30,164 nucleotides of DNA from a virus. Lineage: Duplodnaviria; Heunggongvirae; Uroviricota; Caudoviricetes. A program made the position numbers and the translations under genes. Below the pieces are notes generated by a model. The model was not told where the DNA came from, did not search any database, and saw only the letters and a list, made by a program, of their open reading frames with translations. The DNA lies in the IMG/VR virus record IMGVR_UViG_2737471850_000006. One strand, written 5' to 3'. Shown piece after piece: positions 1-8,622 of this stretch (positions are counted from its first letter, which is position 1; the number at the start of each line of letters is the position of its first letter).

Positions 1-1998
1 ATGTTAACCCATTGGGTAACAGCGCAAGAATGCGTAGGAATGTCATGCTTTCCTAAACATGAGGTGAGTATTCGCCGCAATCTTGAAAAGCTTGCAGCCA
101 ATCATCCAGAACTACGTCGCAAGCGTACGGGTTCAAAGGCTTTGGAATTTCATATATCAGTTCTGCCAGCGGCAGCACGTGCTGAGTTGTTATTAAAATC
201 TGAGCAAATAGAAACAAGCCAGGGGTATTTTGAAATCGCCCGCCCCACGCTGGAAGCCCATGATTATGATCGTGAGGTGCTGTGGAGCAAATGGGATAAA
301 GCCAGCGATTCCCAGCGCAGACTTGCTGAAAAATGGTTGCCTGCGGTTCAGGCTGCAGACGAAATGCTGAACCAGGGGATTTCAACGAAAACGGCTTTTG
401 CGACCGTTGCAGGGCATTACCAGGTCAGCGCATCCACTTTGCGGGACAAGTATTACCAGGTACAGAAGTTTGCGAAGCCTGACTGGGCGGCTGCACTTGT
501 TGATGGACGTGGTGCATCCCGTCGCAATGTTCACAAAAGTGAATTTGACGAGGATGCCTGGCAGTTTCTGATTGCAGATTATCTGCGACCGGAAAAACCC
601 GCCTTCCGCAAATGTTATGAGCGTCTGGAACTGGCAGCCCGCGAGCATGGCTGGAGTATTCCCTCCCGTGCCACGGCCTTTCGCCGGATTCAGCAACTGG
701 ACGAGGCAATGGTTGTTGCCTGCCGTGAAGGTGAACATGCACTGATGCATCTGATACCGGCACAACAACGAACTGTGGAACACCTGGACGCCATGCAGTG
801 GATCAACGGCGACGGTTATCTGCATAACATCTTTGTACGCTGGTTTAACGGTGATGTGATCCGCCCGAAAACATGGTTCTGGCAGGATGTGAAAACCCGA
901 AAAATTCTGGGCTGGCGCTGCGATGTGAGCGAGAACATTGATTCAATTCGCCTCTCGTTCATGGATGTTGTGACTCGCTACGGTATCCCGGAGGATTTTC
1001 ACATCACCATTGATAACACCCGTGGTGCTGCGAATAAATGGCTGACGGGAGGCGCGCCCAATCGCTACCGCTTTAAGGTAAAAGAGGACGATCCAAAAGG
1101 ACTGTTTTTACTGATGGGGGCGAAAATGCACTGGACAAGCGTTGTTGCCGGTAAAGGCTGGGGCCAGGCAAAACCTGTTGAACGTGCTTTCGGTGTTGGT
1201 GGGCTTGAGGAATACGTTGATAAGCATCCGGCACTGGCTGGCGCATATACGGGGCCTAATCCGCAGGCAAAACCTGATAACTATGGCGACCGCGCTGTTG
1301 ATGCAGAGCTGTTTCTGAAAACCCTTGCCGAAGGTGTGGCGATGTTCAATGCCAGAACAGGCCGTGAAACAGAAATGTGCGGAGGCAAACTTTCGTTTGA
1401 TGACGTTTTTGAGCGTGAATACGCCAGAACGATTGTGCGTAAGCCTACCGAAGAGCAAAAACGGATGCTGTTACTGCCTGCCGAGGCGGTGAACGTTTCA
1501 CGTAAAGGCGAGTTCGCGCTTAAAGTTGGCGGCTCCCTTAAAGGTGCGAAAAACGTTTATTACAACATGGCGTTAATGAATGCCGGAGTGAAAAAAGTTG
1601 TGGTCAGATTTGATCCACAGCAGTTACACAGCACGGTTTATTGCTACACCCTGGACGGTCGGTTTATCTGTGAAGCGGAATGTCTGGCACCTGTTGCGTT
1701 TAATGATGCTGCGGCAGGCCGTGAATATCGCCGCCGCCAGAAACAACTGAAATCTGCGACGAAAGCAGCGATTAAGGCACAGAAACAAATGGATGCACTG
1801 GAAGTGGCAGAGCTGCTGCCGCAGATAGCCGAACCTGAAGCACCAGAATCACGAATTGTCGGCATTTTCCGGCCTTCCGGTAATATGGAACGGGTGAAGA
1901 ATCAGGAGCGTGATGATGAATACGAAACTGAGCGTGATGAATATCTGAATCATTCGCTGGATATTCTGGAACAGAACAGACGTAAAAAAGCCATTTAA
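1..1998 (+). CDS. A: DDE transposase, MuA family (665 aa); ORF opens at window position 1, so the true start may lie at or upstream of the window edge
   Basis: 665-aa ORF. From about residue 66 onward ([23 protein letters not shown] ... to the C-terminal [11 protein letters not shown]) it matches MuA as I recall it; the first ~65 residues differ. Followed 38 bp later by the B gene. Confidence 0.9.
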   Translation: MLTHWVTAQECVGMSCFPKHEVSIRRNLEKLAANHPELRRKRTGSKALEFHISVLPAAARAELLLKSEQIETSQGYFEIARPTLEAHDYDREVLWSKWDKASDSQRRLAEKWLPAVQAADEMLNQGISTKTAFATVAGHYQVSASTLRDKYYQVQKFAKPDWAAALVDGRGASRRNVHKSEFDEDAWQFLIADYLRPEKPAFRKCYERLELAAREHGWSIPSRATAFRRIQQLDEAMVVACREGEHALMHLIPAQQRTVEHLDAMQWINGDGYLHNIFVRWFNGDVIRPKTWFWQDVKTRKILGWRCDVSENIDSIRLSFMDVVTRYGIPEDFHITIDNTRGAANKWLTGGAPNRYRFKVKEDDPKGLFLLMGAKMHWTSVVAGKGWGQAKPVERAFGVGGLEEYVDKHPALAGAYTGPNPQAKPDNYGDRAVDAELFLKTLAEGVAMFNARTGRETEMCGGKLSFDDVFEREYARTIVRKPTEEQKRMLLLPAEAVNVSRKGEFALKVGGSLKGAKNVYYNMALMNAGVKKVVVRFDPQQLHSTVYCYTLDGRFICEAECLAPVAFNDAAAGREYRRRQKQLKSATKAAIKAQKQMDALEVAELLPQIAEPEAPESRIVGIFRPSGNMERVKNQERDDEYETERDEYLNHSLDILEQNRRKKAI

Positions 1999-2036
1999 TT
2001 AACGTTTAAACAAAATTTAATTACGAGGTTATTCAG

Positions 2037-2975
2037 ATGAATATTTCCGATATTCGCGCAGGACTGCGCACGCTTGTAGAAAATGAAGAAACCACCTTTA
2101 AACAAATTGCTCTTGAGAGCGGACTTTCTACCGGAACTATCAGTAGTTTTATCAATGATAAGTACAACGGGGATAACGAGCGTGTTTCACAAATTCTGCA
2201 ACGCTGGCTGGAAAAATATCATGCAGTTGCAGAACTACCTGAACCGCCCCGCTTTGTGGAAACGCAGACGGTAAAACAAATCTGGACAAGTATGCGTTTT
2301 GCCAGCCTGACTGAAAGTATTGCTGTTGTATGTGGCAATCCTGGTGTGGGCAAAACCGAAGCGGCCCGTGAATATCGCCGCACCAATAACAATGTCTGGA
2401 TGATCACCATTACGCCATCCTGTGCCAGCGTTCTGGAATGTCTTACTGAACTGGCGTTTGAGCTGGGAATGAATGACGCACCACGCCGTAAAGGGCCGCT
2501 CTCCCGCGCCCTGCGACGTCGCCTTGAAGGTACACAGGGGCTGGTTATCATCGACGAAGCTGATCATCTTGGTGCCGAAGTTCTGGAAGAACTCCGCCTG
2601 TTACAGGAATCAACCCGTATTGGCCTTGTGCTGATGGGAAATCACCGGGTTTATTCAAATATGACGGGGGGTAACAGAACGGTTGAATTTGCCCGTCTGT
2701 TTTCCCGTATTGCAAAGCGCACTGCAATTAATAAAACCAAAAAAGCCGATGTAAAAGCTATTGCGGATGCCTGGCAGATTAACGGCGAAAAAGAACTGGA
2801 GTTATTACAGCAGATTGCGCAGAAACCAGGTGCGCTTCGCATTCTGAATCATTCACTTCGCCTTGCCGCCATGACGGCTCACGGTAAAGGTGAGCGTGTT
2901 AACGAAGATTATCTGCGTCAGGCTTTCCGTGAATTAGACCTGGACGTTGATATTTCAACGCTGCTGCGTAATTAA
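2037..2975 (+). CDS. B: ATP-dependent target DNA activator B (AAA+ ATPase), 312 aa
   Basis: ATG preceded by GAGG. Walker A GNPGVGKT and Walker B LVIIDEAD are visible in the translation. Size and position immediately after A match MuB. Confidence 0.9.
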   Translation: MNISDIRAGLRTLVENEETTFKQIALESGLSTGTISSFINDKYNGDNERVSQILQRWLEKYHAVAELPEPPRFVETQTVKQIWTSMRFASLTESIAVVCGNPGVGKTEAAREYRRTNNNVWMITITPSCASVLECLTELAFELGMNDAPRRKGPLSRALRRRLEGTQGLVIIDEADHLGAEVLEELRLLQESTRIGLVLMGNHRVYSNMTGGNRTVEFARLFSRIAKRTAINKTKKADVKAIADAWQINGEKELELLQQIAQKPGALRILNHSLRLAAMTAHGKGERVNEDYLRQAFRELDLDVDISTLLRN

Positions 2976-2990
2976 GAAGGAGAAGAAATT

Positions 2991-3218
2991 ATGATGGCCC
3001 GAAATATAAAAATGGCAACGGATGCGCAGAACTGGTTACAGGCGCGCGGGAGTCATGTAAATGAATCATATCTCGGCGTGGCGCGTCCGATTCTTGAAAT
3101 CACTTACCCACCGGTGGAACTGGTAAAAAACGCGGTCAGAATTATGGAGCATAAGTCCGGGGTGGCCCGTTCTGTATGGACGGCCCGTCTTAATGGTTGC
3201 CAGATTATCTGGAGATAA
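2991..3218 (+). CDS. kil: Small early protein, Kil-like by position (75 aa)
   Basis: Strong RBS AAGGAGAAG upstream of ATG. First ORF after B, as kil is in Mu; size about 74-75 aa. Identity rests on synteny and size only. Confidence 0.5.
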
Positions 3219-3220
3219 CG

Positions 3221-3451
3221 ATGTGTATTAAAGCTGAAAAATATATTGAATGGGTTAAACACTGTCAGTGCCACGGGGTGCCGCTGACGACATATAAATG
3301 CCCCGGATGTGGTGAACAGATTATGACGCAATGCTCACCCGAAAAGGAAATTCGGGATTCCCTGACATGTTGTCCGTGGTGCAGCGCGGTTTTCTTTAAG
3401 CAGGTAAAAGGCGCGAAGGTAAAAGCCAGCGCAGTTATTCAGAATCAATAA
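3221..3451 (+). CDS. Cys-rich small early protein (putative zinc ribbon), 76 aa
   Basis: ATG at 3221 with GGAGA 5 nt upstream. Translation contains CQCHG, CPGCGEQ and CCPWC clusters (9 Cys). Confidence 0.5.
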   Translation: MCIKAEKYIEWVKHCQCHGVPLTTYKCPGCGEQIMTQCSPEKEIRDSLTCCPWCSAVFFKQVKGAKVKASAVIQNQ

Positions 3452-3462
3452 GGAGAAACAAA

Positions 3463-3732
3463 ATGGCAAAAGTTATCTTTGAGTTTACATGGCTGGAAAG
3501 TAGTGAAGGTTGCAATGGGCGCAGAGAAATTCTGGATGCAAAAGCATGTCTTGCAGATATCTCGCCAACGGAAAATACCGGGCCTCATGATTTACTGGCA
3601 AATATCGTCCTGACTATGGCTCCTGAAATTATTAAAAAGGCCAAAGATGAGATGCTGACCACTATGAAGAAAGTGGGTATGGAAGCTGAATGTGATTTAG
3701 TACCACGTCCGGTGAATGTGGTTAAACATTAA
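3463..3732 (+). CDS. Hypothetical early protein (89 aa)
   Basis: RBS AAGGAGAAA upstream of ATG; tightly packed in the early operon. Confidence 0.5.
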   Translation: MAKVIFEFTWLESSEGCNGRREILDAKACLADISPTENTGPHDLLANIVLTMAPEIIKKAKDEMLTTMKKVGMEAECDLVPRPVNVVKH

Positions 3733-3752
3733 TTCGCAAAGGAACGCTGACA

Positions 3753-4100
3753 ATGAACGTCAAAATCCGAAATGAAATTCAGGCATTAATCCGAATTCAG
3801 GAACGCAATAACAACGGTGGTGAATTACGCGAGTTTATTTGTACACGGGTAGTTGATGGTTATGGTGAAAAGACTTACCTGATTACTTTCGACCATTACA
3901 GCATTTGTGCACGTTACTGTGGTGAATCGATATTCCGTGCCATTGTGTATGGCAATGCGTTTGATGTGGATTTATGGGAGTACGTCATGGACCGTGAATA
4001 CATCTGTGTATCAGACCCGAAAGCCCGTGAAATGTGGCAGCGTATCTGGCGCGATTACCGGTTAATGGCAAAAGGCTGGGCGCGCAGCTGTTATTCCTAG
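3753..4100 (+). CDS. Hypothetical early protein (115 aa)
   Basis: ORF with AAAGGAAC RBS-like sequence upstream; co-directional in the early operon. Confidence 0.5.
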   Translation: MNVKIRNEIQALIRIQERNNNGGELREFICTRVVDGYGEKTYLITFDHYSICARYCGESIFRAIVYGNAFDVDLWEYVMDREYICVSDPKAREMWQRIWRDYRLMAKGWARSCYS

Positions 4101-4184
4101 CTTGCCCTGAAAGCGGTTCAGTTATCGCTGCGGCATATTCCGGCATCACTGCGCGAGCCTCTGTTGTACTGAATGGTGGCTGAC

Positions 4185-4472
4185 ATGAAGTGTAATCGTA
4201 AGCGCTGGTCACGCGAAGACCGGGAATTTATCGAGGCCAACGTCGGGAAAATGACCGTTGAAGAAATGGCGGAAAAACTGAAAGTCGCCACAACCGCCCT
4301 CCGGGCACATGCCAGAAGGCACGGAATATCATTGTGTGCATACCGAATCAGTGAACACGACAAATATTTGTGTCGTGAGCTTTATAAGGAAGGGCTGGAT
4401 ATTCATGTCATTGCCCGAAAGATGGAATTAAGCAATCGAGCTGTATCCAGCATTGTATACGGCGGATATTAA
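4185..4472 (+). CDS. Hypothetical early protein, possible helix-turn-helix (95 aa)
   Basis: Second in-frame ATG (4185) has GGTGG upstream; the first ATG (4173) lacks an SD. The HTH call comes from the segment DIHVIARKMELSNRAVSSIV and is weak. Confidence 0.45.
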   Translation: MKCNRKRWSREDREFIEANVGKMTVEEMAEKLKVATTALRAHARRHGISLCAYRISEHDKYLCRELYKEGLDIHVIARKMELSNRAVSSIVYGGY

Positions 4473-4491
4473 TTAACAGGAGCTTTAATTT

Positions 4492-5016
4492 ATGGCTAAA
4501 CCAGCAAAACGTATCAAAAGTGCCGCAGCGGCTTATGTGCCACAAAACCGCGATGCGGTGATTACCGATATTAAACGCATCGGGGATTTACAGCGCGAAG
4601 CATCACGTCTGGAAACGGAAATGAATGATGCCATCGCGGAAATTACGGAGAAATTTGCAGCCCGGATTGCACCGATTAAAACCGATATTGAAACCCTTTC
4701 AAAAGGTGTTCAGGGATGGTGTGAAGCGAACCGCAACGAACTGACAAACGGCGGCAAAGTGAAGACGGCGAATCTTGTCACCGGTGATGTATCGTGGCGG
4801 GTCCGTCCACCCTCAGTAAGTATTCGTGGTATGGATGCAGTGATGGAAACGCTGGAGCGTCTTGGCCTGCAACGCTTTATTCGCACGAAGCAGGAAATCA
4901 ACAAGGAAGCGATTTTACTGGAACCGAAAGCGGTCGCAGGTGTTGCCGGAATTACAGTTAAATCGGGAATTGAAGATTTTTCCATTATTCCGTTTGAACA
5001 GGAAGCCGGTATTTAA
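4492..5016 (+). CDS. gam: Gam host-nuclease inhibitor (Ku-like DNA-end-binding protein), 174 aa
   Basis: RBS CAGGAG. The 174-aa translation matches Mu Gam as I recall it (MAKPAKRIKSAAAAYVPQNRDAVITDIKRIGDLQREASRLE...). Confidence 0.85.
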   Translation: MAKPAKRIKSAAAAYVPQNRDAVITDIKRIGDLQREASRLETEMNDAIAEITEKFAARIAPIKTDIETLSKGVQGWCEANRNELTNGGKVKTANLVTGDVSWRVRPPSVSIRGMDAVMETLERLGLQRFIRTKQEINKEAILLEPKAVAGVAGITVKSGIEDFSIIPFEQEAGI

Positions 5017-5114
5017 TACCACCATTAATATTTAATTAATTCACATTCTTTTAATTATGGCGCGATGCGTCAGGGGATTGCTCGCGCCTGAAACAGATTA
5101 CTGAGGAATAAAAC

Positions 5115-5645
5115 ATGGTTGATGCAAAAATTCTGAATGGTGTCAGCACATTATTACGGGCTTACGGACGCCTGACCTGCGGAGTTCTGGCTGAAAAAAT
5201 GAAGATGCCTCCCTCATCAATGGTGTATTTCCTGCGTGATGCGGTTGATGCCGGCGTTCTCACCGAATGCAACGGATTTTATGACGTTCCGCGCCCGCGT
5301 CCGACGCCGCCTGTAAGACGAAACGCAACTGAGCAGCCTGCTGTTGATGATGCGGTGTGGTGCAACTGGCGTCGCTCATTACCCTGGGTGGAAGGTAATA
5401 CCATCCCCGCACTGGCAAAAGAGTTTGCGACAGGCGTACTGACCTGTGAGTCCGTTCACATCGTTGCAGAAGTGGATGACGAGATGTGCAAACAGGGAAT
5501 GCCACGTTTTGTGATGGCTTATATCGATATCCGGCTGGGGCGGTTTATTTGCAGTTCAAGCGACTGGAATATCACCGACCATGTACTGCGTTATCTCATT
5601 CTTGATTGTTCTCCGGCTCCCGTAGCGGTGCAGGAGGTGGCGTGA
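5115..5645 (+). CDS. Hypothetical early protein with possible N-terminal winged-helix (176 aa)
   Basis: RBS GAGGA upstream. Stop overlaps the start of the next gene (ATGA), indicating translational coupling. Confidence 0.55.
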   Translation: MVDAKILNGVSTLLRAYGRLTCGVLAEKMKMPPSSMVYFLRDAVDAGVLTECNGFYDVPRPRPTPPVRRNATEQPAVDDAVWCNWRRSLPWVEGNTIPALAKEFATGVLTCESVHIVAEVDDEMCKQGMPRFVMAYIDIRLGRFICSSSDWNITDHVLRYLILDCSPAPVAVQEVA

Positions 5646-6175
5646 TGTTTTTTAAAACGTCAAATCCCGCAGCACTGCTGGCGTGGGACCAGTTTATGGC
5701 GGACTGTCTGAAACTACGCGAAGAAGCCCGCCATCTTGATAAGGTTCTGGGTTGTGGTTGCCGGTCAGTATTCAGCACAGGTATTGGTGGGCGTTATTTT
5801 CATGGTGTGAACTTTCCGGGGAATGAGCGCCCTTTCTCGCGGGAGCTGTGGACCGTACAACGGCCCGCATCAGGTAACAGTTGCAGGCCCAGAACTTCGC
5901 GGATACCTGTTCATCTCAGGGAGCAGGCAAAAGAGCTGGCGAAAATATGGCAGGAGAATATTCCGGTCACTTATGCCCGCACAGATGCTCTCTTACCCGC
6001 ACTGGGACTGGATTTCAGCGCAACAATATTCGGACCTCTCCAGTGGTTCCGTGTTGGTGATGTGATTTACGTCATGACGGGGATGACGCCCGCACAAGGC
6101 CGCATGACTGAAATCCTTTCTGACGAATTTATCCGGGCGCAAAAACAGGCGGAGGTAAACAATGGAAAACAATGA
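5645..6175 (+). CDS. Hypothetical early protein (176 aa)
   Basis: ATG at 5645 overlaps the upstream stop (TGATG). The longer 5606 start in the ORF track lies inside the previous gene. Confidence 0.5.
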   Translation: MFFKTSNPAALLAWDQFMADCLKLREEARHLDKVLGCGCRSVFSTGIGGRYFHGVNFPGNERPFSRELWTVQRPASGNSCRPRTSRIPVHLREQAKELAKIWQENIPVTYARTDALLPALGLDFSATIFGPLQWFRVGDVIYVMTGMTPAQGRMTEILSDEFIRAQKQAEVNNGKQ

Positions 6176-6344
6176 AACATCGTATTCGTGGCTGGGGACA
6201 TTTACCACTGTGAAGCAGGAATGTCCGACCTGCGGTAATGAAAACCCTGAATATCTGAAAGAGTGCCCTCATTGTGGTGGGCAGAAATGCAACCACTGCG
6301 ATATGGGCGATGACACGGCGTGCATGAATTGTGAAGGTGAATAA
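6162..6344 (+). CDS. Small zinc-ribbon protein with four Cys pairs (60 aa)
   Basis: RBS GGAGGT 7 nt upstream. Translation contains CPTCG, CPHCG, CNHC and CMNC. Confidence 0.45.
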   Translation: MENNETSYSWLGTFTTVKQECPTCGNENPEYLKECPHCGGQKCNHCDMGDDTACMNCEGE

Positions 6345-6447
6345 TATGAATAATGAAACTAAAACATTATTTTCCATAAAATCCACTCTGATTGATGTGT
6401 AAATTCAGGCGGTGTTGCAGCACCGCCCCCTTTCCGGAGGTACGATC

Positions 6448-6999
6448 ATGAGTCGCACATCCCTGATTAAATTAATCCATGTCGCCCGTCGGGAACTACA
6501 ACTCGACGATGACACTTACCGCGCTTTTCTGATGCAGAAAACAGGCAAAATCAGTTGCCGCGAGCTGACGGTCACGCAACTGGAACAGGTGCTCGGTGCC
6601 ATGAAAGAACGCGGCTTTAAGAAGCAGAATAAATACCCCCGTCGCCGCTTTAAGGGGCATGTCACGCCCCGTGAGAAGGTGTATAAAATCTGGCAGCAGA
6701 TGGCAGAAGACGGTTTTATTGCCGATGGCGGTGATGTGGCGCTGGATAAATATGTTCAGCGCCTGACCGCGAAACGCAACGGCGGACAGGGCGTTTCCAC
6801 ACTGGCGTGGTGTCATGGCGACACGCTGCTGACAGTCCTCGAAACACTCAAGCAGTGGCACATCCGCTGTATTCGTGAAGCCTTTTCCCGTCACGGGCTT
6901 CCATTGCCGGTCAGTCCGTCCGGTCGTGAACTGCGCGGCTATGATGCCATGACGGCGGCTTATGCCCATGCCAGAAAGACACGGAGGATGGCACAATGA
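6448..6999 (+). CDS. gemA: GemA-like early regulatory protein (183 aa)
   Basis: ATG at 6448 with GGAGGT upstream. Position immediately before mor and length match Mu GemA. Stop overlaps the mor start (ATGA). Confidence 0.7.
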   Translation: MSRTSLIKLIHVARRELQLDDDTYRAFLMQKTGKISCRELTVTQLEQVLGAMKERGFKKQNKYPRRRFKGHVTPREKVYKIWQQMAEDGFIADGGDVALDKYVQRLTAKRNGGQGVSTLAWCHGDTLLTVLETLKQWHIRCIREAFSRHGLPLPVSPSGRELRGYDAMTAAYAHARKTRRMAQ

Positions 7000-7385
7000 C
7001 GGAAGATTTATTTGGTGATTTGCAGGATGACACCATCCTGGCACATCTTGACAATCCCGCAGAGGATACGTCACGCTTTCCGGCACTGCTGGCGGAGCTG
7101 AACGATTTACTACGCGGGGAATTGTCCCGGCTGGGTGTTGATCCTGCCCATTCACTGGAGATTGTTGTGGCTATCTGTAAGCATCTGGGCGGCGGTCAGG
7201 TCTACATTCCACGCGGTCAGGTTCTGGACTCGCTGATTCGGGATTTGCGTATCTGGAATGATTTTAACGGTCGCAACGTCAGCGAACTGACCACCCGTTA
7301 TGGTGTCACTTTCAATACGGTTTACAAGGCCATTCGCCGGATGCGACGGCTGAAATACCGCCAGTACCAGCCCTCACTTCTGTAA
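6996..7385 (+). CDS. mor: Mor, middle-operon transcription activator (129 aa)
   Basis: RBS GGAGGA. The 129-aa translation matches Mu Mor as I recall it and is visibly homologous to the C protein downstream (shared LGGxQxYIP and FNGRN motifs). Confidence 0.9.
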   Translation: MTEDLFGDLQDDTILAHLDNPAEDTSRFPALLAELNDLLRGELSRLGVDPAHSLEIVVAICKHLGGGQVYIPRGQVLDSLIRDLRIWNDFNGRNVSELTTRYGVTFNTVYKAIRRMRRLKYRQYQPSLL

Positions 7386-7390
7386 ACAGT

Positions 7391-7415
7391 AAAGCCGGTT
7401 AATCCGGCTTTTTTT
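7391..7415 (+). terminator. Rho-independent terminator after mor (GC stem plus T tract); likely also part of the Mor-responsive middle-promoter region
   Basis: AAAGCCGG-TTAAT-CCGGCTTT hairpin followed by TTTTT, starting 6 nt after the mor stop codon. Confidence 0.6.
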
Positions 7416-7462
7416 ACGTCCTCAATATCCTGTGATGAATAACCGTACCGGGGGAAATCATC
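7416..7462 (+). promoter_or_regulatory. Candidate middle promoter (Pm) region between the mor terminator and the next ORF
   Basis: Position only: Mu transcribes C from a Mor-activated promoter downstream of mor. No promoter hexamers were confidently identified. Confidence 0.3.
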
Positions 7463-7681
7463 ATGGGTAAAGGCTGGAATGCATCCTTTCATCTTGGCAG
7501 ACGTGAGCGGCTGCGTCAGGAGGTTTTGCACCGTGTCGCCGGTGGGCCACGTCCTGCGCCCCGCGACTATACCGGTCATGATGGCACCCACGGCAGTTAT
7601 TACATGAAAGGCTGGCAGTCAGTTGATATGCCGGAAATTCTTCATCATTGCCTGCTTTACAGGGAGAAACATTATGTCTGA
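7463..7681 (+). CDS. Hypothetical protein (72 aa), coding status uncertain
   Basis: ORF with Arg/Gly/His-rich translation and weak RBS; sits where Mu has a small gene between mor and C. Confidence 0.3.
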   Translation: MGKGWNASFHLGRRERLRQEVLHRVAGGPRPAPRDYTGHDGTHGSYYMKGWQSVDMPEILHHCLLYREKHYV

Positions 7682-8036
7682 GCGTTCTGCTCGTCAGTGG
7701 CCTGATTTTTTATCGGTGGTGTTACTGGCGCTGTTATTGTGGATAAGTCTGTTTTGTGGCTGGCGCGCGCTGATGTTTTGCTGTGCCTCGGTTTTCAGTG
7801 TTGCTTTATGTGTTGCCGGTGATTGTCTGGATGCGCTGATAATGAGCTGCCGGGTGCCTGAACATTTTGCCCGGTTCGTCTGGCCGCTGACCTGGCTGGG
7901 GAGTCTGTCCGGGCTGGGATTAGCCGTGATGGTAACGTCTCAACTGAAAACGGGTCCTGAGCATGTCATCTGGGCGCTGGCCGGATTGCTGACGTTCTGG
8001 CTCTCCTTTCGTTTTCGCGCTCGTCTGTTCGGGTAA
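7674..8036 (+). CDS. Cys-rich integral membrane protein with about four predicted TM helices (120 aa)
   Basis: ATG at 7674 with GGGAGAAA RBS. Four hydrophobic stretches are visible (FLSVVLLALLLWISLF, LMFCCASVFSVALCVAG, FVWPLTWLGSLSGLGLAVMV, VIWALAGLLTFWLSF). Confidence 0.5.
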   Translation: MSERSARQWPDFLSVVLLALLLWISLFCGWRALMFCCASVFSVALCVAGDCLDALIMSCRVPEHFARFVWPLTWLGSLSGLGLAVMVTSQLKTGPEHVIWALAGLLTFWLSFRFRARLFG

Positions 8037-8045
8037 AGGGGCACC

Positions 8046-8165
8046 ATGTACAGAAAATTCAGTGATGAATGTTTCGGGCCGTCCACGCTGATGAGTGCGA
8101 TAAAAGTGATTGCCCTTGTGGTTCTGATAACCATCAGTGCCGTGGTGTATCTTTCTGTCTGTTAA
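8046..8165 (+). CDS. Small single-TM protein (39 aa)
   Basis: Hand-translated ORF MYRKFSDECFGPSTLMSAIKVIALVVLITISAVVYLSVC; fills the gap before C. Not in the ORF track because it is under 60 aa. Confidence 0.35.
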   Translation: MYRKFSDECFGPSTLMSAIKVIALVVLITISAVVYLSVC

Positions 8166-8177
8166 CCGGGGGAAAAT

Positions 8178-8600
8178 ATGCAGCATGATTTATTTGAACA
8201 CGATCCGGCAATTCGCCAGTTAATCGGACATATTGATAACATCCCGGCCCCGGAACTGGAATCACGCTGGCCCCGTTCGGTGGTTGATCTGATTGATGTT
8301 CTGGAAAACGAACTGAAACGCCAGAACGTCAGCAATCCCCGTGAGCTTGCCCGTAAACAGGCCGTTGCCCTGTCCTGTTTTCTGGGGGGACGGCAGTTTT
8401 ACATCCCCTGCGGCGATACGATCCTGACCGCGTTACGCGACGATTTGCTTTACTGCCAGTTCAATGGTCGTAACATGGAAGAACTGCGTTGCCAGTATCG
8501 CCTGTCCCAGCCGCAGATCTACCAGATTATTGCCCGCCAGAGAAAGCTGCATACACGACGTCATCAGCCTGATCTGTTCTCACCTGAAAGCCAGAAATAA
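8178..8600 (+). CDS. C: C, late transcription activator (Mor/C family), 140 aa
   Basis: RBS GGGGA. The 140-aa translation matches Mu C as I recall it and is paralogous to Mor. Confidence 0.9.
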   Translation: MQHDLFEHDPAIRQLIGHIDNIPAPELESRWPRSVVDLIDVLENELKRQNVSNPRELARKQAVALSCFLGGRQFYIPCGDTILTALRDDLLYCQFNGRNMEELRCQYRLSQPQIYQIIARQRKLHTRRHQPDLFSPESQK

Positions 8601-8622
8601 CCGGCATCCTGCCGGTTATTTC
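8599..8622 (+). terminator. Hairpin directly after the C stop codon; possible terminator or attenuator of the middle transcript
   Basis: AACCGGCA-TCC-TGCCGGTT 8-bp stem followed by ATTTCCT (weak T tract). Confidence 0.3.

Noticed and set aside
5057-5090. Hairpin after gam (GGCGCGA...TCGCGCC) as a rho-independent terminator
   Set aside because: The 7-bp stem has a 16-nt loop and no downstream T tract; it may still be a protein-binding dyad or mRNA structure but there is not enough evidence to call it a terminator.
6346-6402. 18-codon mini-ORF (MNNETKTLFSIKSTLIDV) between the 60-aa zinc-ribbon gene and gemA
   Set aside because: It is too short to assess, has no clear RBS, and lies in AT-rich spacer sequence; probably non-coding.
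6496-7155. 219-aa minus-strand ORF antisense to gemA and mor
   Set aside because: It lies antisense to two genes whose plus-strand products match known Mu proteins; the open frame is a compositional artefact.
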